Origin: a virus
Strand: one strand, 5' to 3'
IMG/VR virus record: IMGVR_UViG_3300040801_004314
Coordinates: 1-64,000 of that record
Length of the DNA: 64,000 bases
The notes beneath the pieces were generated by a model that searched no databases, was not told the origin of the DNA, and saw only the letters and a program-made list of their open reading frames with translations. The first letter of the stretch is position 1; every line of letters begins with the position of its first letter. This document shows, piece by piece, positions 28,649-38,330 of this stretch. Made by a program: the position numbers and the translations under genes.

Positions 28649-29338
28649 ATGGCAGAATTATATGAAAGGGTAAAACTTAATTTATTAGTACATGGTAATA
28701 GCATATCTGATAATTTCAAAAAAAATAGTTTATTTTTCTATGAAAATTATAGTAAATCTACTGATGAGTTTAAAAATGTACCAGTGTCTAAATTAGCAGT
28801 TGGTGGATTTTATTTTTTACACTATCAAGATGAATCTAACTGGTTAAAATATTCCCCTATATTTTTAGCAGAGTATAGAAAAATGGGAAATAAAATAATA
28901 GCTTTTGGTGTGAACATGAATATGATACCACTTGAGGTAAGAGTCCTTTTATTTGATAAGTTCATAAGTGAGAAAGACTTTGAAAATGATAACCTCTTGA
29001 AAGTTGATTTACAAGGTATATATGACGAGTTAAGAAAGCTAGGCTTTGAGTATGCTCTTATGGAATATGATGCTAATAGAATAAAATTAGTTCATAAAGT
29101 ATCTTTAAGCTTACTTCCTAGGTTTTTATACCACCAACATCCAATAAATAAATATGATCCCAATAAGCTTATGCAAATATGGGAAACCAAACTAGCAAAA
29201 CGTGAACAGAGACACAAAGAGATGACTTTATCTCTTTTAAGTGATTTCTATGATATAAATTCTGAAATATCAGAAAAGTATGATGTTTTAAAAGGACACA
29301 TAAAAAGGCTTCAGCGTAATGTTAGGAAATACGGATAG
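28649..29338 (+). CDS. DNA end-protector protein, T4 gp2-like
   Basis: G.FYFL.Y...Y.PIF...GVN.N.IP...R..L pattern; divergent from gp4. Confidence 0.6.
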   Translation: MAELYERVKLNLLVHGNSISDNFKKNSLFFYENYSKSTDEFKNVPVSKLAVGGFYFLHYQDESNWLKYSPIFLAEYRKMGNKIIAFGVNMNMIPLEVRVLLFDKFISEKDFENDNLLKVDLQGIYDELRKLGFEYALMEYDANRIKLVHKVSLSLLPRFLYHQHPINKYDPNKLMQIWETKLAKREQRHKEMTLSLLSDFYDINSEISEKYDVLKGHIKRLQRNVRKYG

Positions 29339-29401
29339 CCTATATACAGTGTATTAAAGGGGGAGATGAAAGTTAATATATAATGTAAATACAAATTATA
29401 A

Positions 29402-31117
29402 ATGGCTACATATAATCAATTCAATGGATCAGGCTCTGGGTCTGATTTCGCAATAAATAATTCAGCAATTGAAAATAAAGGTATTTTCAGTAGAATACTT
29501 AGAAACCTATCTAACTATGGGATGAATTATAATGATATGATTATAAGAAACCAAGTTGGTATTGGTGTTAATGAAGATCCGTATTCATCTAAAGGTAATT
29601 CGATGTATGATTTCTTTAGCCAAAGGGCTGTCTCGTCTGTATTAAACAGAAAATCAATACCTTATTTAGATAAATCTTATGGTGATAAAAGAAGAATATT
29701 AAGAGAATATTCTATAAAAGATGAAATAAGGGATTTTGTTTCTTCTATCTGTGATGAGTGCATTGTTTATAACGATGAGAGTGATTTTTGCTCACCTAAG
29801 AAACTATCTAATGAATATTCACAAGAAATACAAGATAAATATCTTGAATACTTTAATAAAATATACTCCAAGTTTGGCTTTTCGGATAATATAACAGCTT
29901 GGAACATGATGAAAGATTTTTTAATTGATGGATATTTATCAGCCGAAATAATATATGATGATAAGAAAAAAAATATAATTGGATTTAATGCATTAAGACC
30001 CGATACTTTAGTACCTGCTTATGAACCAAATGTAGGACATTTGTGGATACAATATCCAGAAGATCCACAACTTAGAAGAATATTCTTAGACTCTCAGATA
30101 GTATATATTTCATATTCGTCACAAAATGATTACTCAGAGACTTCTTATGTAGAGGGTCTTATAAAACCATATAACCAATTAAAAATATTGGAACAAACCA
30201 GAATAATGTTTAATGTTCTTAATGCTCAGGTTTATCAAAAATTCACAGTTCCTATTAAAGGTATGTCAAGGCAGAGAGCTGAAGAGCAAATAGGTCAATT
30301 AATTCATGACTATTCGGAAGAAGTAGAATTTGACGAAGATTTGGGTACACTGTCTATGAACGGTTCTAAACATCTACATTATAATAAACAAATATGGTTT
30401 CCCGAAGGCGATGCTGGTACGCCAAATATGGAGCTTGTTAAACAAGAAGGACACGACCTTAATGATGAAACTATGCTTAACTACTTTTATAAGTCTCTTA
30501 AAAGAGCTTCTAAAATACCAATACAAAGGTTTGAAGCTGAGAATGGAGGTGGTAACTTATTCACTGATGCATCCGAAATGACCAGAGATGAAATAAAATT
30601 TCATAATTTTATAAGTAGACTTAGAGCAAATTTTAAGGAAATCATCGTTAAGCCACTTAGACTACAGATGCTTATAGAGTTCCCTGAGTTGAAAGATGAT
30701 GAGAGAATCATCAATCAGATGGATATTTATTTTTACTCTAATCAAATATTTGAAGATTGGAAAAAAATAAACAATATGTCTAAACGTGCAGAAGTAGTTA
30801 GTACGTTATTAGGTGTTATGAGAACAGATGAACAACCATACTTCCACATAGAATGGATAATGGATAATATATTCAAACTCACACCTGAGGAAAAGGCTGA
30901 AAATGAAAGATATTGGGCTAGGGATAAATCAGGCTCTATGGGTTCTGCTGATGATATTGAGGGTGATAGTGGGATGGATTCTGGTATGAGTGATAGTAGT
31001 GTTGACTTAGATACTAGTAGTGATCTAGATACTGGTGATGACACGGGTGGTCTAGATATGGGTGGTCCTGATGAAGCTGGTGGTGCAGATACTGGTGGTG
31101 ACGAATTTGAATTCTAA
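29402..31117 (+). CDS. Portal protein, T4 gp20-like
   Basis: I.DECIVY, F.IDG, SY....IKPYNQLKILE, YF.K.L.RASKIP..R and EMTRDEIKF..FI.RLR. Confidence 0.92.
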   Translation: MATYNQFNGSGSGSDFAINNSAIENKGIFSRILRNLSNYGMNYNDMIIRNQVGIGVNEDPYSSKGNSMYDFFSQRAVSSVLNRKSIPYLDKSYGDKRRILREYSIKDEIRDFVSSICDECIVYNDESDFCSPKKLSNEYSQEIQDKYLEYFNKIYSKFGFSDNITAWNMMKDFLIDGYLSAEIIYDDKKKNIIGFNALRPDTLVPAYEPNVGHLWIQYPEDPQLRRIFLDSQIVYISYSSQNDYSETSYVEGLIKPYNQLKILEQTRIMFNVLNAQVYQKFTVPIKGMSRQRAEEQIGQLIHDYSEEVEFDEDLGTLSMNGSKHLHYNKQIWFPEGDAGTPNMELVKQEGHDLNDETMLNYFYKSLKRASKIPIQRFEAENGGGNLFTDASEMTRDEIKFHNFISRLRANFKEIIVKPLRLQMLIEFPELKDDERIINQMDIYFYSNQIFEDWKKINNMSKRAEVVSTLLGVMRTDEQPYFHIEWIMDNIFKLTPEEKAENERYWARDKSGSMGSADDIEGDSGMDSGMSDSSVDLDTSSDLDTGDDTGGLDMGGPDEAGGADTGGDEFEF

Positions 31118-31548
31118 TAAATAGCTAAAGACAAATTGGTGATTTTCTCATCACCAATTGTCTTAATATGTAGATTATAACCATTTTTTACCATCTCATT
31201 CACTATTTTACCATAGTACGTAGCTATATTATTGAAAAAAACTTCTATTGTTTTAACAAAAACATTTCCATTATCCATTTCAAGACACAGGTTAATTTTA
31301 TTAATTACACCACATGATTTGTTACTACTTTCTGATAATATAATAATGTTTGGGGCATCTTCTAAAGACAATGTTGATGACTTACACATATCTACTGTTT
31401 CATAAGACAGCTTTATAGTATTATTATTTTCTAGTATGTTTTCTATTTTTAGCTTTCTTAAATTCTCTTTATAGTTATCATATCTGGATAATAACTTATC
31501 ATATTTAGTGAAATCTTTATTAAAATCATTTACAAATGCTCTTATCAA
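31114..31548 (-). CDS. Hypothetical protein
   Basis: ORF track; overlaps the rnr stop. Confidence 0.5.
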   Translation of the reverse strand: MIRAFVNDFNKDFTKYDKLLSRYDNYKENLRKLKIENILENNNTIKLSYETVDMCKSSTLSLEDAPNIIILSESSNKSCGVINKINLCLEMDNGNVFVKTIEVFFNNIATYYGKIVNEMVKNGYNLHIKTIGDEKITNLSLAIY

Positions 31549-33407
31549 AATTTAGTGAAATTTATTTGCTTTTTATCAAGATCAACATTGTTAACAACTA
31601 TTTTTATGTCATCACCTAATGTTATCTTATCCCCTTGTTTATTATATGCGGTGTATTTAGAAGTGTCTATTTTCCATTTACCAGGTAAAGATTTTGGATT
31701 GATCATTCCCTCACATTTATTTTCAGAAATTTCAACATATATACCCCAATCAGTTATACCTGTCACAACACCATCATACACCTTACCTATTTTATCTAAT
31801 AAAAACTCAACTTGTTTATATTTAATAGAGTCCCTTTGTGCTTTAGAAGCTATTATCTCTCTCTGTGAACACCATTCACAATCTTCTTCAATTGATATTG
31901 GATTTCCTTTCGGTTTAGTTTCTAATAAATCAAACAATAATCTGTGTGTTATTAAATCGGGATATCTTCTTATTGGGCTTGTGAAATGGGAATAGTGAGT
32001 AAAGCCTAAACCATAGTGTCCTATGTTTTTAGTTGAATAATAAGCCTTTGACATTGATCTAACTACTAAAGCTTGTATCATGTTTTCCTCTGGTGTGTCT
32101 TTTATATCTAGTAGTAATTTATTTAGTTCTTTTTTTAAATTAGTGCCAGAATCTAAATTAAAGTCGTAGCCAAATGATTTACATATACCACTTAAAGATT
32201 CTAGTTTATCGTCACTGGGTGTATCATGGACTCTGTATACATTAGGTCTTTGTGCTTTAGATAGTTTTTTAGCAACAGCTTTATTTGCCAATAACATGAA
32301 TTCCTCTATTAATTTGTTAGCTTCCTTTTGGACTTTATAATATACCCCAATTGGCTTTTTGTTATCAGGAGCAAGTTTAAATTTTATTTCTACACCACCC
32401 ATTTCAATAGATCCATCACCAATTCTCTTTTTTCTTATGTCCTTAGCAATGTTATTTAGAAATAATACCTCTTTCATCAGTGCGTGGTCACTACCTTCTA
32501 TTATCTTCTGGGCATCATCATATGTGAAACGTGTATTCGAATTTATAATAGTTTTACCAAACCATTCATTTACAACTTTACCATTTTCATTAACAGTCAA
32601 GATGACTGAAAATGCTAGTCTATCAACATTTGGCTTTAGTGAGCATATCCCATTACTTAAAACTTCTGGTAACATAGGAACTACCCTATCGACTAAGTAC
32701 ACAGATGTAGCTCTTTTTATAGCCTCATCATCTAATAATGTTCCTTTCTTAACATAATGTCCTACATCAGCTATGTGTATTCCCACCTCAACATTCCCAC
32801 CATCTAGGAAATTAACAGATAATGCATCATCAAAATCTTTAGCAGTTTTTGGATCAATGGTAAATGTTGGTATGTCTCTTATATCTAATCTTTTATCTAT
32901 CTCATCATTACTTATTTCTTGGGATATTTTATTTGCTTCCCTTTCCACACTCTCTGGGAATTCATTAGGTAAGCCATATTCATACATTATTGAGTTTATT
33001 TCAGCATTATTATCCCCAGCCTCACCTAATATTTCAATTATCTTAGCTTGTGGTGATTTTGTAGAATCCCATTTAGTGAGTTCTACAAGAACTTTTTGAC
33101 CATTTTCACACTTTAAGCCACCTTTTATATAAAAATCTGATGGCATTTTATTGTCATCAGGTATAACAAAGGTACTTTTTTTACCAACTTGTGCTTTTCC
33201 CACAAATTGGATTCTGTGTCTTTTAATAACGTTTACTACCTCACCCTCTATTCTGGATTTTTTTCTATATGTAATTACCTCTACTTCGTCTTTGTCTAAA
33301 GCATTTAATGTTTTTGATTTATGGATAAATACTTTTTTATCATCAACCATAATAGATGCATTCCCATTTACTGAAAATGATATTTTAGATATTATTTTTT
33401 CTTTCAT
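31545..33407 (-). CDS. rnr: Ribonuclease R (RNB family)
   Basis: TIDPKTAKDFDDALS, GIHIADV, RATSVYL...PMLP, LIEEFMLLAN, GHYGL...YSHFTSPIRRYPDL, plus cold-shock and S1 domains. Confidence 0.95.
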   Translation of the reverse strand: MKEKIISKISFSVNGNASIMVDDKKVFIHKSKTLNALDKDEVEVITYRKKSRIEGEVVNVIKRHRIQFVGKAQVGKKSTFVIPDDNKMPSDFYIKGGLKCENGQKVLVELTKWDSTKSPQAKIIEILGEAGDNNAEINSIMYEYGLPNEFPESVEREANKISQEISNDEIDKRLDIRDIPTFTIDPKTAKDFDDALSVNFLDGGNVEVGIHIADVGHYVKKGTLLDDEAIKRATSVYLVDRVVPMLPEVLSNGICSLKPNVDRLAFSVILTVNENGKVVNEWFGKTIINSNTRFTYDDAQKIIEGSDHALMKEVLFLNNIAKDIRKKRIGDGSIEMGGVEIKFKLAPDNKKPIGVYYKVQKEANKLIEEFMLLANKAVAKKLSKAQRPNVYRVHDTPSDDKLESLSGICKSFGYDFNLDSGTNLKKELNKLLLDIKDTPEENMIQALVVRSMSKAYYSTKNIGHYGLGFTHYSHFTSPIRRYPDLITHRLLFDLLETKPKGNPISIEEDCEWCSQREIIASKAQRDSIKYKQVEFLLDKIGKVYDGVVTGITDWGIYVEISENKCEGMINPKSLPGKWKIDTSKYTAYNKQGDKITLGDDIKIVVNNVDLDKKQINFTKF

Positions 33408-33408
33408 T

Positions 33409-33765
33409 TTACTTTTTCTGTTTGTTGTTAATTGTTTTAAGAATTTTCCCCTTTAGCATTTCGTTCTGCACGGGATAATCTACACCATAGTTTTTTCTAA
33501 GTGTTTTCTTTCTCTTAGATTCCGAGCATTTTCTACAATAGTATTCACCCCAAGGATTATCGTATTTTACATAGTTTTTATATAATACCTTTTTTTCTGT
33601 TCCACATTTGTCACACTTACACAGTATCTTAAAATGTGAACCTTTTGATAAGAGGTCAATTGGTATTGTTATTTTTTCACCTAAAGTTACTTCATATCCT
33701 AAATTATCAAAGTAGCTAAAATTAGCTTCTGAAATTTTTACTTCTGCAACTTTTGTCAATATCAT
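33409..33765 (-). CDS. Stand-alone N-terminal zinc-binding module of the homing-endonuclease family (no nuclease domain)
   Basis: LGY.....I.I..LSKGS...CKCDKC...YYCRKC...NYGVDYP, homologous to the N-termini of 26208 and 21332. Confidence 0.6.
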   Translation of the reverse strand: MILTKVAEVKISEANFSYFDNLGYEVTLGEKITIPIDLLSKGSHFKILCKCDKCGTEKKVLYKNYVKYDNPWGEYYCRKCSESKRKKTLRKNYGVDYPVQNEMLKGKILKTINNKQKK

Positions 33766-33902
33766 AAAAAACCATTAATTTTAAAGTATATATTAACATT
33801 GGGTAGCTTCTCAACATATATCATATAACTATTTTTTAAATAAAAATGTGATAGCATAGATATATTTTAAAAATTATCTTATATTTGTATAAAACTTAAA
33901 TT

Positions 33903-34178
33903 ATGGAAACTAAGCAGAAATTTGTTAATGATATAAGAAATGAAATGAAAGATTTCTATGGTGTTGATTTAACAGAAGAACAGGTCAGAGAGCGAATAGA
34001 AGATAAAGACCTAGATGTATTTGACACACATGAAAGAAGTTGCTATATACAATATATTGCTAGAGAAATAACAGGAATGGATTATCCTTGTAATGGTGAT
34101 AGTCATGAATATTCTAGAATTTTTTGGGATAAGCTTAAAAATAATCATAAAGACAAAGGATACGAATGGGGACTCTAA
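33903..34178 (+). CDS. Small hypothetical protein (early-type promoter)
   Basis: TATATTTG at 33880-33887. Confidence 0.55.
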   Translation: METKQKFVNDIRNEMKDFYGVDLTEEQVRERIEDKDLDVFDTHERSCYIQYIAREITGMDYPCNGDSHEYSRIFWDKLKNNHKDKGYEWGL

Positions 34179-34441
34179 ATGGATTTTCAAGTAGAAACAA
34201 ACCACAAAATAAGTGTGATGATATATCTAAGGAACATGACTCTATAAAAATCACTGATTATGAATGTCCAGAATGTGGAACAGAACCCTGTGATGAAAAC
34301 TACAAAGTTGGCGAAGACACTTATCCTAAAATATTTAATAATTATTTTTCTGCTAGTGATTTAGGACATTTTTATTATTGGGATGAATTGCACGTGTGTA
34401 AGGAATGTGGTACTAGATTTTGGTTTGAATCAGGTAATTAA
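34166..34441 (+). CDS. Small zinc-ribbon protein
   Basis: CPECG...CKECG. Confidence 0.55.
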   Translation: MGTLNGFSSRNKPQNKCDDISKEHDSIKITDYECPECGTEPCDENYKVGEDTYPKIFNNYFSASDLGHFYYWDELHVCKECGTRFWFESGN

Positions 34442-34451
34442 TCTATAACAT

Positions 34452-36002
34452 TTACACTTTCATTTCGAACAGGAATGAACCAGTGTCATATACTCTATAG
34501 TAGCCACGACCATTCATTATTTGATGCTCGGACTTGCCTTTGTCATACCCCTCTTTAACCAGTACATCTTTCCTAAAGTTAAACCTGTTTATTCTTAACC
34601 CCTCGTCTTTGTGAAAATAGAAATAATTAGGAACTGTTTCTTTTATCTTATTAAATCCTATCTTTTCGTACAAATTACCTGTAGACCAATCTTTACTAGC
34701 ATATGATATTATTTTACTAGGCTGATATGTTCTTATAAAATATTTAAGTAGCTTTGAAGATCCCCCTACAACGTTTGTGTTTAATTTACTACAAAATCTA
34801 AGTAATTCGAAAACATCTTCATCGGTATTCTTATATCCTAAATTTCTTCTAGTTTTAGAAAAAGAAATAACAGAAACTAACTCATTATAAAAATACAAAC
34901 CTATCTTATGTTTACTAGGAGCATATCCCTGTAAATGGTTTTCATTAACAAATTTCTTATATGTAGGAGGTGTTAACTCTTTTATCTCACATTTTCTAGC
35001 CCATATTTTCCTAGTGTTATTCCCCAGTAAATTAGATATTCTACTTTTTATTATATCTCTTTTGAATTTCCAATCATCTTCCCATATATGAATTATTTGA
35101 ATTCCCTTGGATTCAAAAAACTTATTTTTTTCCTTATGGTAATTATTTTCTTTATACCTTTCACTGTCCCACCATAAGCCATTACATTCGAAGCCTATAT
35201 TTAATTCGGGTAGGTATATATCTATTTCATATTTTTTAAACTCTCTACACTTATCTTTTATAACACCATCATAGTTATTTTTCACAAAGTCCAGAACACT
35301 ACTTTCAAAAAAGGAATCATTGTTATTCGGGTTACATAATAAACAAGGATCTATATCAAATCTATTTCTCTGGTTAAATAAGGTGCTTGAAATATTAAAT
35401 TCCTTTTTACACTTAGGGCATATAAGCTTAAAATTGCTATCCTTTATCCCTATTACATCGTATCCTAAGTCAGTAATTCTTTTTTTAGTTTTCTCTAACC
35501 TAATATTTGGTAAGACTTCTTTTAATCTTTTACTTATTTTGTCTTTTGTTTCTTTAGCTTTAGAGATATTATCAACACCCCACGATTTTCTTACTGTGCT
35601 TTCCCTTTTAATGTTTATATTTTCTTTCTTCTTATCAGAGAACTTAGACTTAGTGAGGTTTGCTTTTCTAGTCATCTCACTTCTCATTTCTTTATCAGCA
35701 TTGCACTTTTTTATTTCTGCTAACCTACTTTTTTTAATGTTGATGTCTTTGTGTGTATGCTTTGCTGAGCATTTCTTACTACAGTACTTTCTATATCCTT
35801 TATAGAATTTTATAAATGACACTTTGTTATCACAGTTTAAACATTTAGGCTTTTCAGAGAAACCATTTTGATACAACCAAATTTTTTCAGATAGATTTAA
35901 TACATCATCTTCTTTGATAAAGTTGTTCATCTTCTCATAATATAAAGGATGCTCATTCTTCAATTTACTCTCTGTGAGTCCCCTAGTTGTCTTAAATACC
36001 AT
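34452..36002 (-). CDS. Homing endonuclease paralog (Vsr/PD-(D/E)XK, Hef-like)
   Basis: EIDIYLPELNIGFECNGLWW, HIWEDDW and ELLRFC...GGSSKLL. Confidence 0.75.
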   Translation of the reverse strand: MVFKTTRGLTESKLKNEHPLYYEKMNNFIKEDDVLNLSEKIWLYQNGFSEKPKCLNCDNKVSFIKFYKGYRKYCSKKCSAKHTHKDINIKKSRLAEIKKCNADKEMRSEMTRKANLTKSKFSDKKKENINIKRESTVRKSWGVDNISKAKETKDKISKRLKEVLPNIRLEKTKKRITDLGYDVIGIKDSNFKLICPKCKKEFNISSTLFNQRNRFDIDPCLLCNPNNNDSFFESSVLDFVKNNYDGVIKDKCREFKKYEIDIYLPELNIGFECNGLWWDSERYKENNYHKEKNKFFESKGIQIIHIWEDDWKFKRDIIKSRISNLLGNNTRKIWARKCEIKELTPPTYKKFVNENHLQGYAPSKHKIGLYFYNELVSVISFSKTRRNLGYKNTDEDVFELLRFCSKLNTNVVGGSSKLLKYFIRTYQPSKIISYASKDWSTGNLYEKIGFNKIKETVPNYFYFHKDEGLRINRFNFRKDVLVKEGYDKGKSEHQIMNGRGYYRVYDTGSFLFEMKV

Positions 36003-36139
36003 TATTTATTATATATAATTTTTATATAAAGTTCCCAAATATAACTATTTAGTCTAACATAAGTATAAAAAATCCACCTTTTTTATTTGGGAAAAAATAT
36101 CCATTATATATATGATATAGGAAAAATAATATAAAATAA

Positions 36140-38251
36140 ATGAAACCAGTATTAATAGTAGAAAATTCGACTAACTCACTGATTAAAGAATCTGCGAATT
36201 CTAAGAAAGGTGATTATGTTATGAATGGTACTTTCACTGAATTCGGAGTTAAAAATCGAAATGATAGAGTTTATTCAGCAGATAAGTTTCTTCCTGCGCT
36301 TGGAGAACTTAACGAAAGAATGACAAATCTTGGAGTGGTCTACGGAGAATTTGACCATCCAGATGTATTTGATACGTCTCTATCAAGAGCTTCACACATA
36401 ATCACTAAAGCTGATTATGTGCAAGAAAAAAATTCTGTTGAAGGTGAAATTAAGCTTTTAAGTACCTATTGGGGTAAAGAAGCAAAATCTTTAGTAGATG
36501 ATGGTTGTCCTGTTTTTGTATCATCAAGAGCAGCAGGGATTACAGAATCAGATGGTTCAGTATCTCTTAAAAAACTATTTACCTACGACATTGTAGCCGA
36601 TCCTGGATTTGCATCAGCTAAAATGAATGTTAAAGTACTTAATGAATCATTAGGGTTTAACGACAGCAAATCTAACTTTAGGATATATGAAATGTCCGAT
36701 GAATCAAAAATAAATGAACTATTCAACATGAACAAAAATGAATTTGTAACAAAAAAACAATTGACTGATTACTCACAGTATTTAGTTAAAGAGCTTAACG
36801 AAACTAAGAAAGGCGTTAAGGAAGCAGTTTCAAAGGGACAAATGGACCCAGCGAAATTAGAGAAGTTATTAGAGTATTATGAAGAACTTAATGCTACTAA
36901 CGAAAAAGTTGTTGGTTACCTAGATTACTTAGCTGAAAAAGTACAAGTAGTAGTTAACGAAAACAAAACTTTAAAAGAGACAACAGGTAAGTTGACAAAA
37001 CACAATGATTATCTAGCTGAAAACCTAGAAAAAGCAATCAATTATTCTGAGTATGTTGCTGAGAACTTAGACAAGAATATTAATTATTCTGAATATTTAG
37101 CAGAGAACTTAGACAAAAACATTGCTTATTCTGAGTATGTTGCTGAGAACTTAGACAAGAACATTTCTTACTCTGAATATTTAGCTGAAAACCTAGATAA
37201 GAATATTGATTATTCTGAATATTTAGCAGAGAACTTAGACAAGAACATTGCTTATTCAGAATACATCGCAGAGAACTTAGATAAAAACATTGACTATTCA
37301 GAATACATTGCTGAAAACGTTGACAATTCTATTTCTTATGCTGAGTATTTAGCAGAACACGTTGAGGGTAATATTGCTTACTCTGAATATATCGCTGAAA
37401 ACTTAGATGATAACATTGCTTACTCTGAATATGTTGCAGAGAACTTAGATAAATCTATTGATTACCAAGCTATGATCGTTGAAAAATTAAACGGAACTAG
37501 TTTAAACGAATCAACTGAGGATAAATTACCAACACCTGAAATGGCAGGATTTGGAATTGAAGAATCTAAAGAGGAAAAAGAAGAAGTAAAAGAAGTAGAA
37601 GAATCTAAAGAAGATAAAGAAGAATGTGCAACTAACGAAGATGCACACCAAGAAGAGCATGAAGAAGAAGCTAAAGAAGTGGAAGCTCATGAAGAAGAGG
37701 AAGAGGAAGAAGTTCAACCATCAGGAGAATATGATGATGAATTATCTGAATCTATTGATAAATTAATCGAAGAAGCTAAAAAACGAAAAGTTTCTGAGAC
37801 AAGTGATTTGAATTTTTTAAAGTTCTTAAACAAATCACAAGTAGATAGCTATTATGCTTTAACAAATGAGGAACAAGAGGATATTAAACTACACATAAAC
37901 GAAAGTAGTTACTTCACACAAAAAGATGTTCTTAATTTAATAAGCGAAACTCTATCAAAAAAGAACGAGACTCTTGAACAAAGAGTTGTCAGATTGATGC
38001 CTGACTCTGTTAAGCCAATCTGGGAGCAGTTAAATGAATCTTCTAAAAAGTCTGTGCTTTCACAAGCTAGATTATATCCAGAAGATAATATGATGACTGA
38101 GAATCAAGTTGAACATTTCTGGGATACTAGAAATTTCAAAGTGAACGAATCTACTACTAAGAAATTAGTTTCAGAAGATAAGTTAATCCAAGAGGACAAT
38201 TTATCAGATGATGAAACTAACGCAATATTAGAAAGATTCAAAAATCTATAA
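36140..38251 (+). CDS. Prohead protease (T4 gp21-like) fused to a scaffold/core coiled-coil domain
   Basis: KNRNDRVY, GEFDHP, VSSRAAG and TYDIVADPGF..A protease motifs, followed by 14-aa repeats and an acidic tract. Immediately upstream of the major capsid gene. Confidence 0.88.
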   Translation: MKPVLIVENSTNSLIKESANSKKGDYVMNGTFTEFGVKNRNDRVYSADKFLPALGELNERMTNLGVVYGEFDHPDVFDTSLSRASHIITKADYVQEKNSVEGEIKLLSTYWGKEAKSLVDDGCPVFVSSRAAGITESDGSVSLKKLFTYDIVADPGFASAKMNVKVLNESLGFNDSKSNFRIYEMSDESKINELFNMNKNEFVTKKQLTDYSQYLVKELNETKKGVKEAVSKGQMDPAKLEKLLEYYEELNATNEKVVGYLDYLAEKVQVVVNENKTLKETTGKLTKHNDYLAENLEKAINYSEYVAENLDKNINYSEYLAENLDKNIAYSEYVAENLDKNISYSEYLAENLDKNIDYSEYLAENLDKNIAYSEYIAENLDKNIDYSEYIAENVDNSISYAEYLAEHVEGNIAYSEYIAENLDDNIAYSEYVAENLDKSIDYQAMIVEKLNGTSLNESTEDKLPTPEMAGFGIEESKEEKEEVKEVEESKEDKEECATNEDAHQEEHEEEAKEVEAHEEEEEEEVQPSGEYDDELSESIDKLIEEAKKRKVSETSDLNFLKFLNKSQVDSYYALTNEEQEDIKLHINESSYFTQKDVLNLISETLSKKNETLEQRVVRLMPDSVKPIWEQLNESSKKSVLSQARLYPEDNMMTENQVEHFWDTRNFKVNESTTKKLVSEDKLIQEDNLSDDETNAILERFKNL
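37001..37462 (+). repeat. Eleven tandem 42-bp (14-aa) repeats, consensus YSEY(L/V/I)AENLDKNI(A/D/S)
   Basis: Visible directly in DNA and protein: ten clear units from 37043 plus one degenerate unit from 37001. Confidence 0.9.
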
Positions 38252-38330
38252 AAAATCCACGTTTGAAAAAAGTAGTAAAATAAGGGTTTATATATAGACT
38301 ATACAAAAATAAAAAAAAATAAATTAAATT

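Noticed and set aside
31555-33456. Several plus-strand ORFs opposite rnr, and similar shadows opposite the portal, nrdA, fibre genes and endonucleases
   Set aside because: These are antisense shadow frames of well-supported genes, Ser/Leu/Phe-rich and without motifs.
37001-37462. 42-bp periodic repeats as a second CRISPR array
   Set aside because: There are no unique spacers; the units are in-frame coding repeats with synonymous variation.
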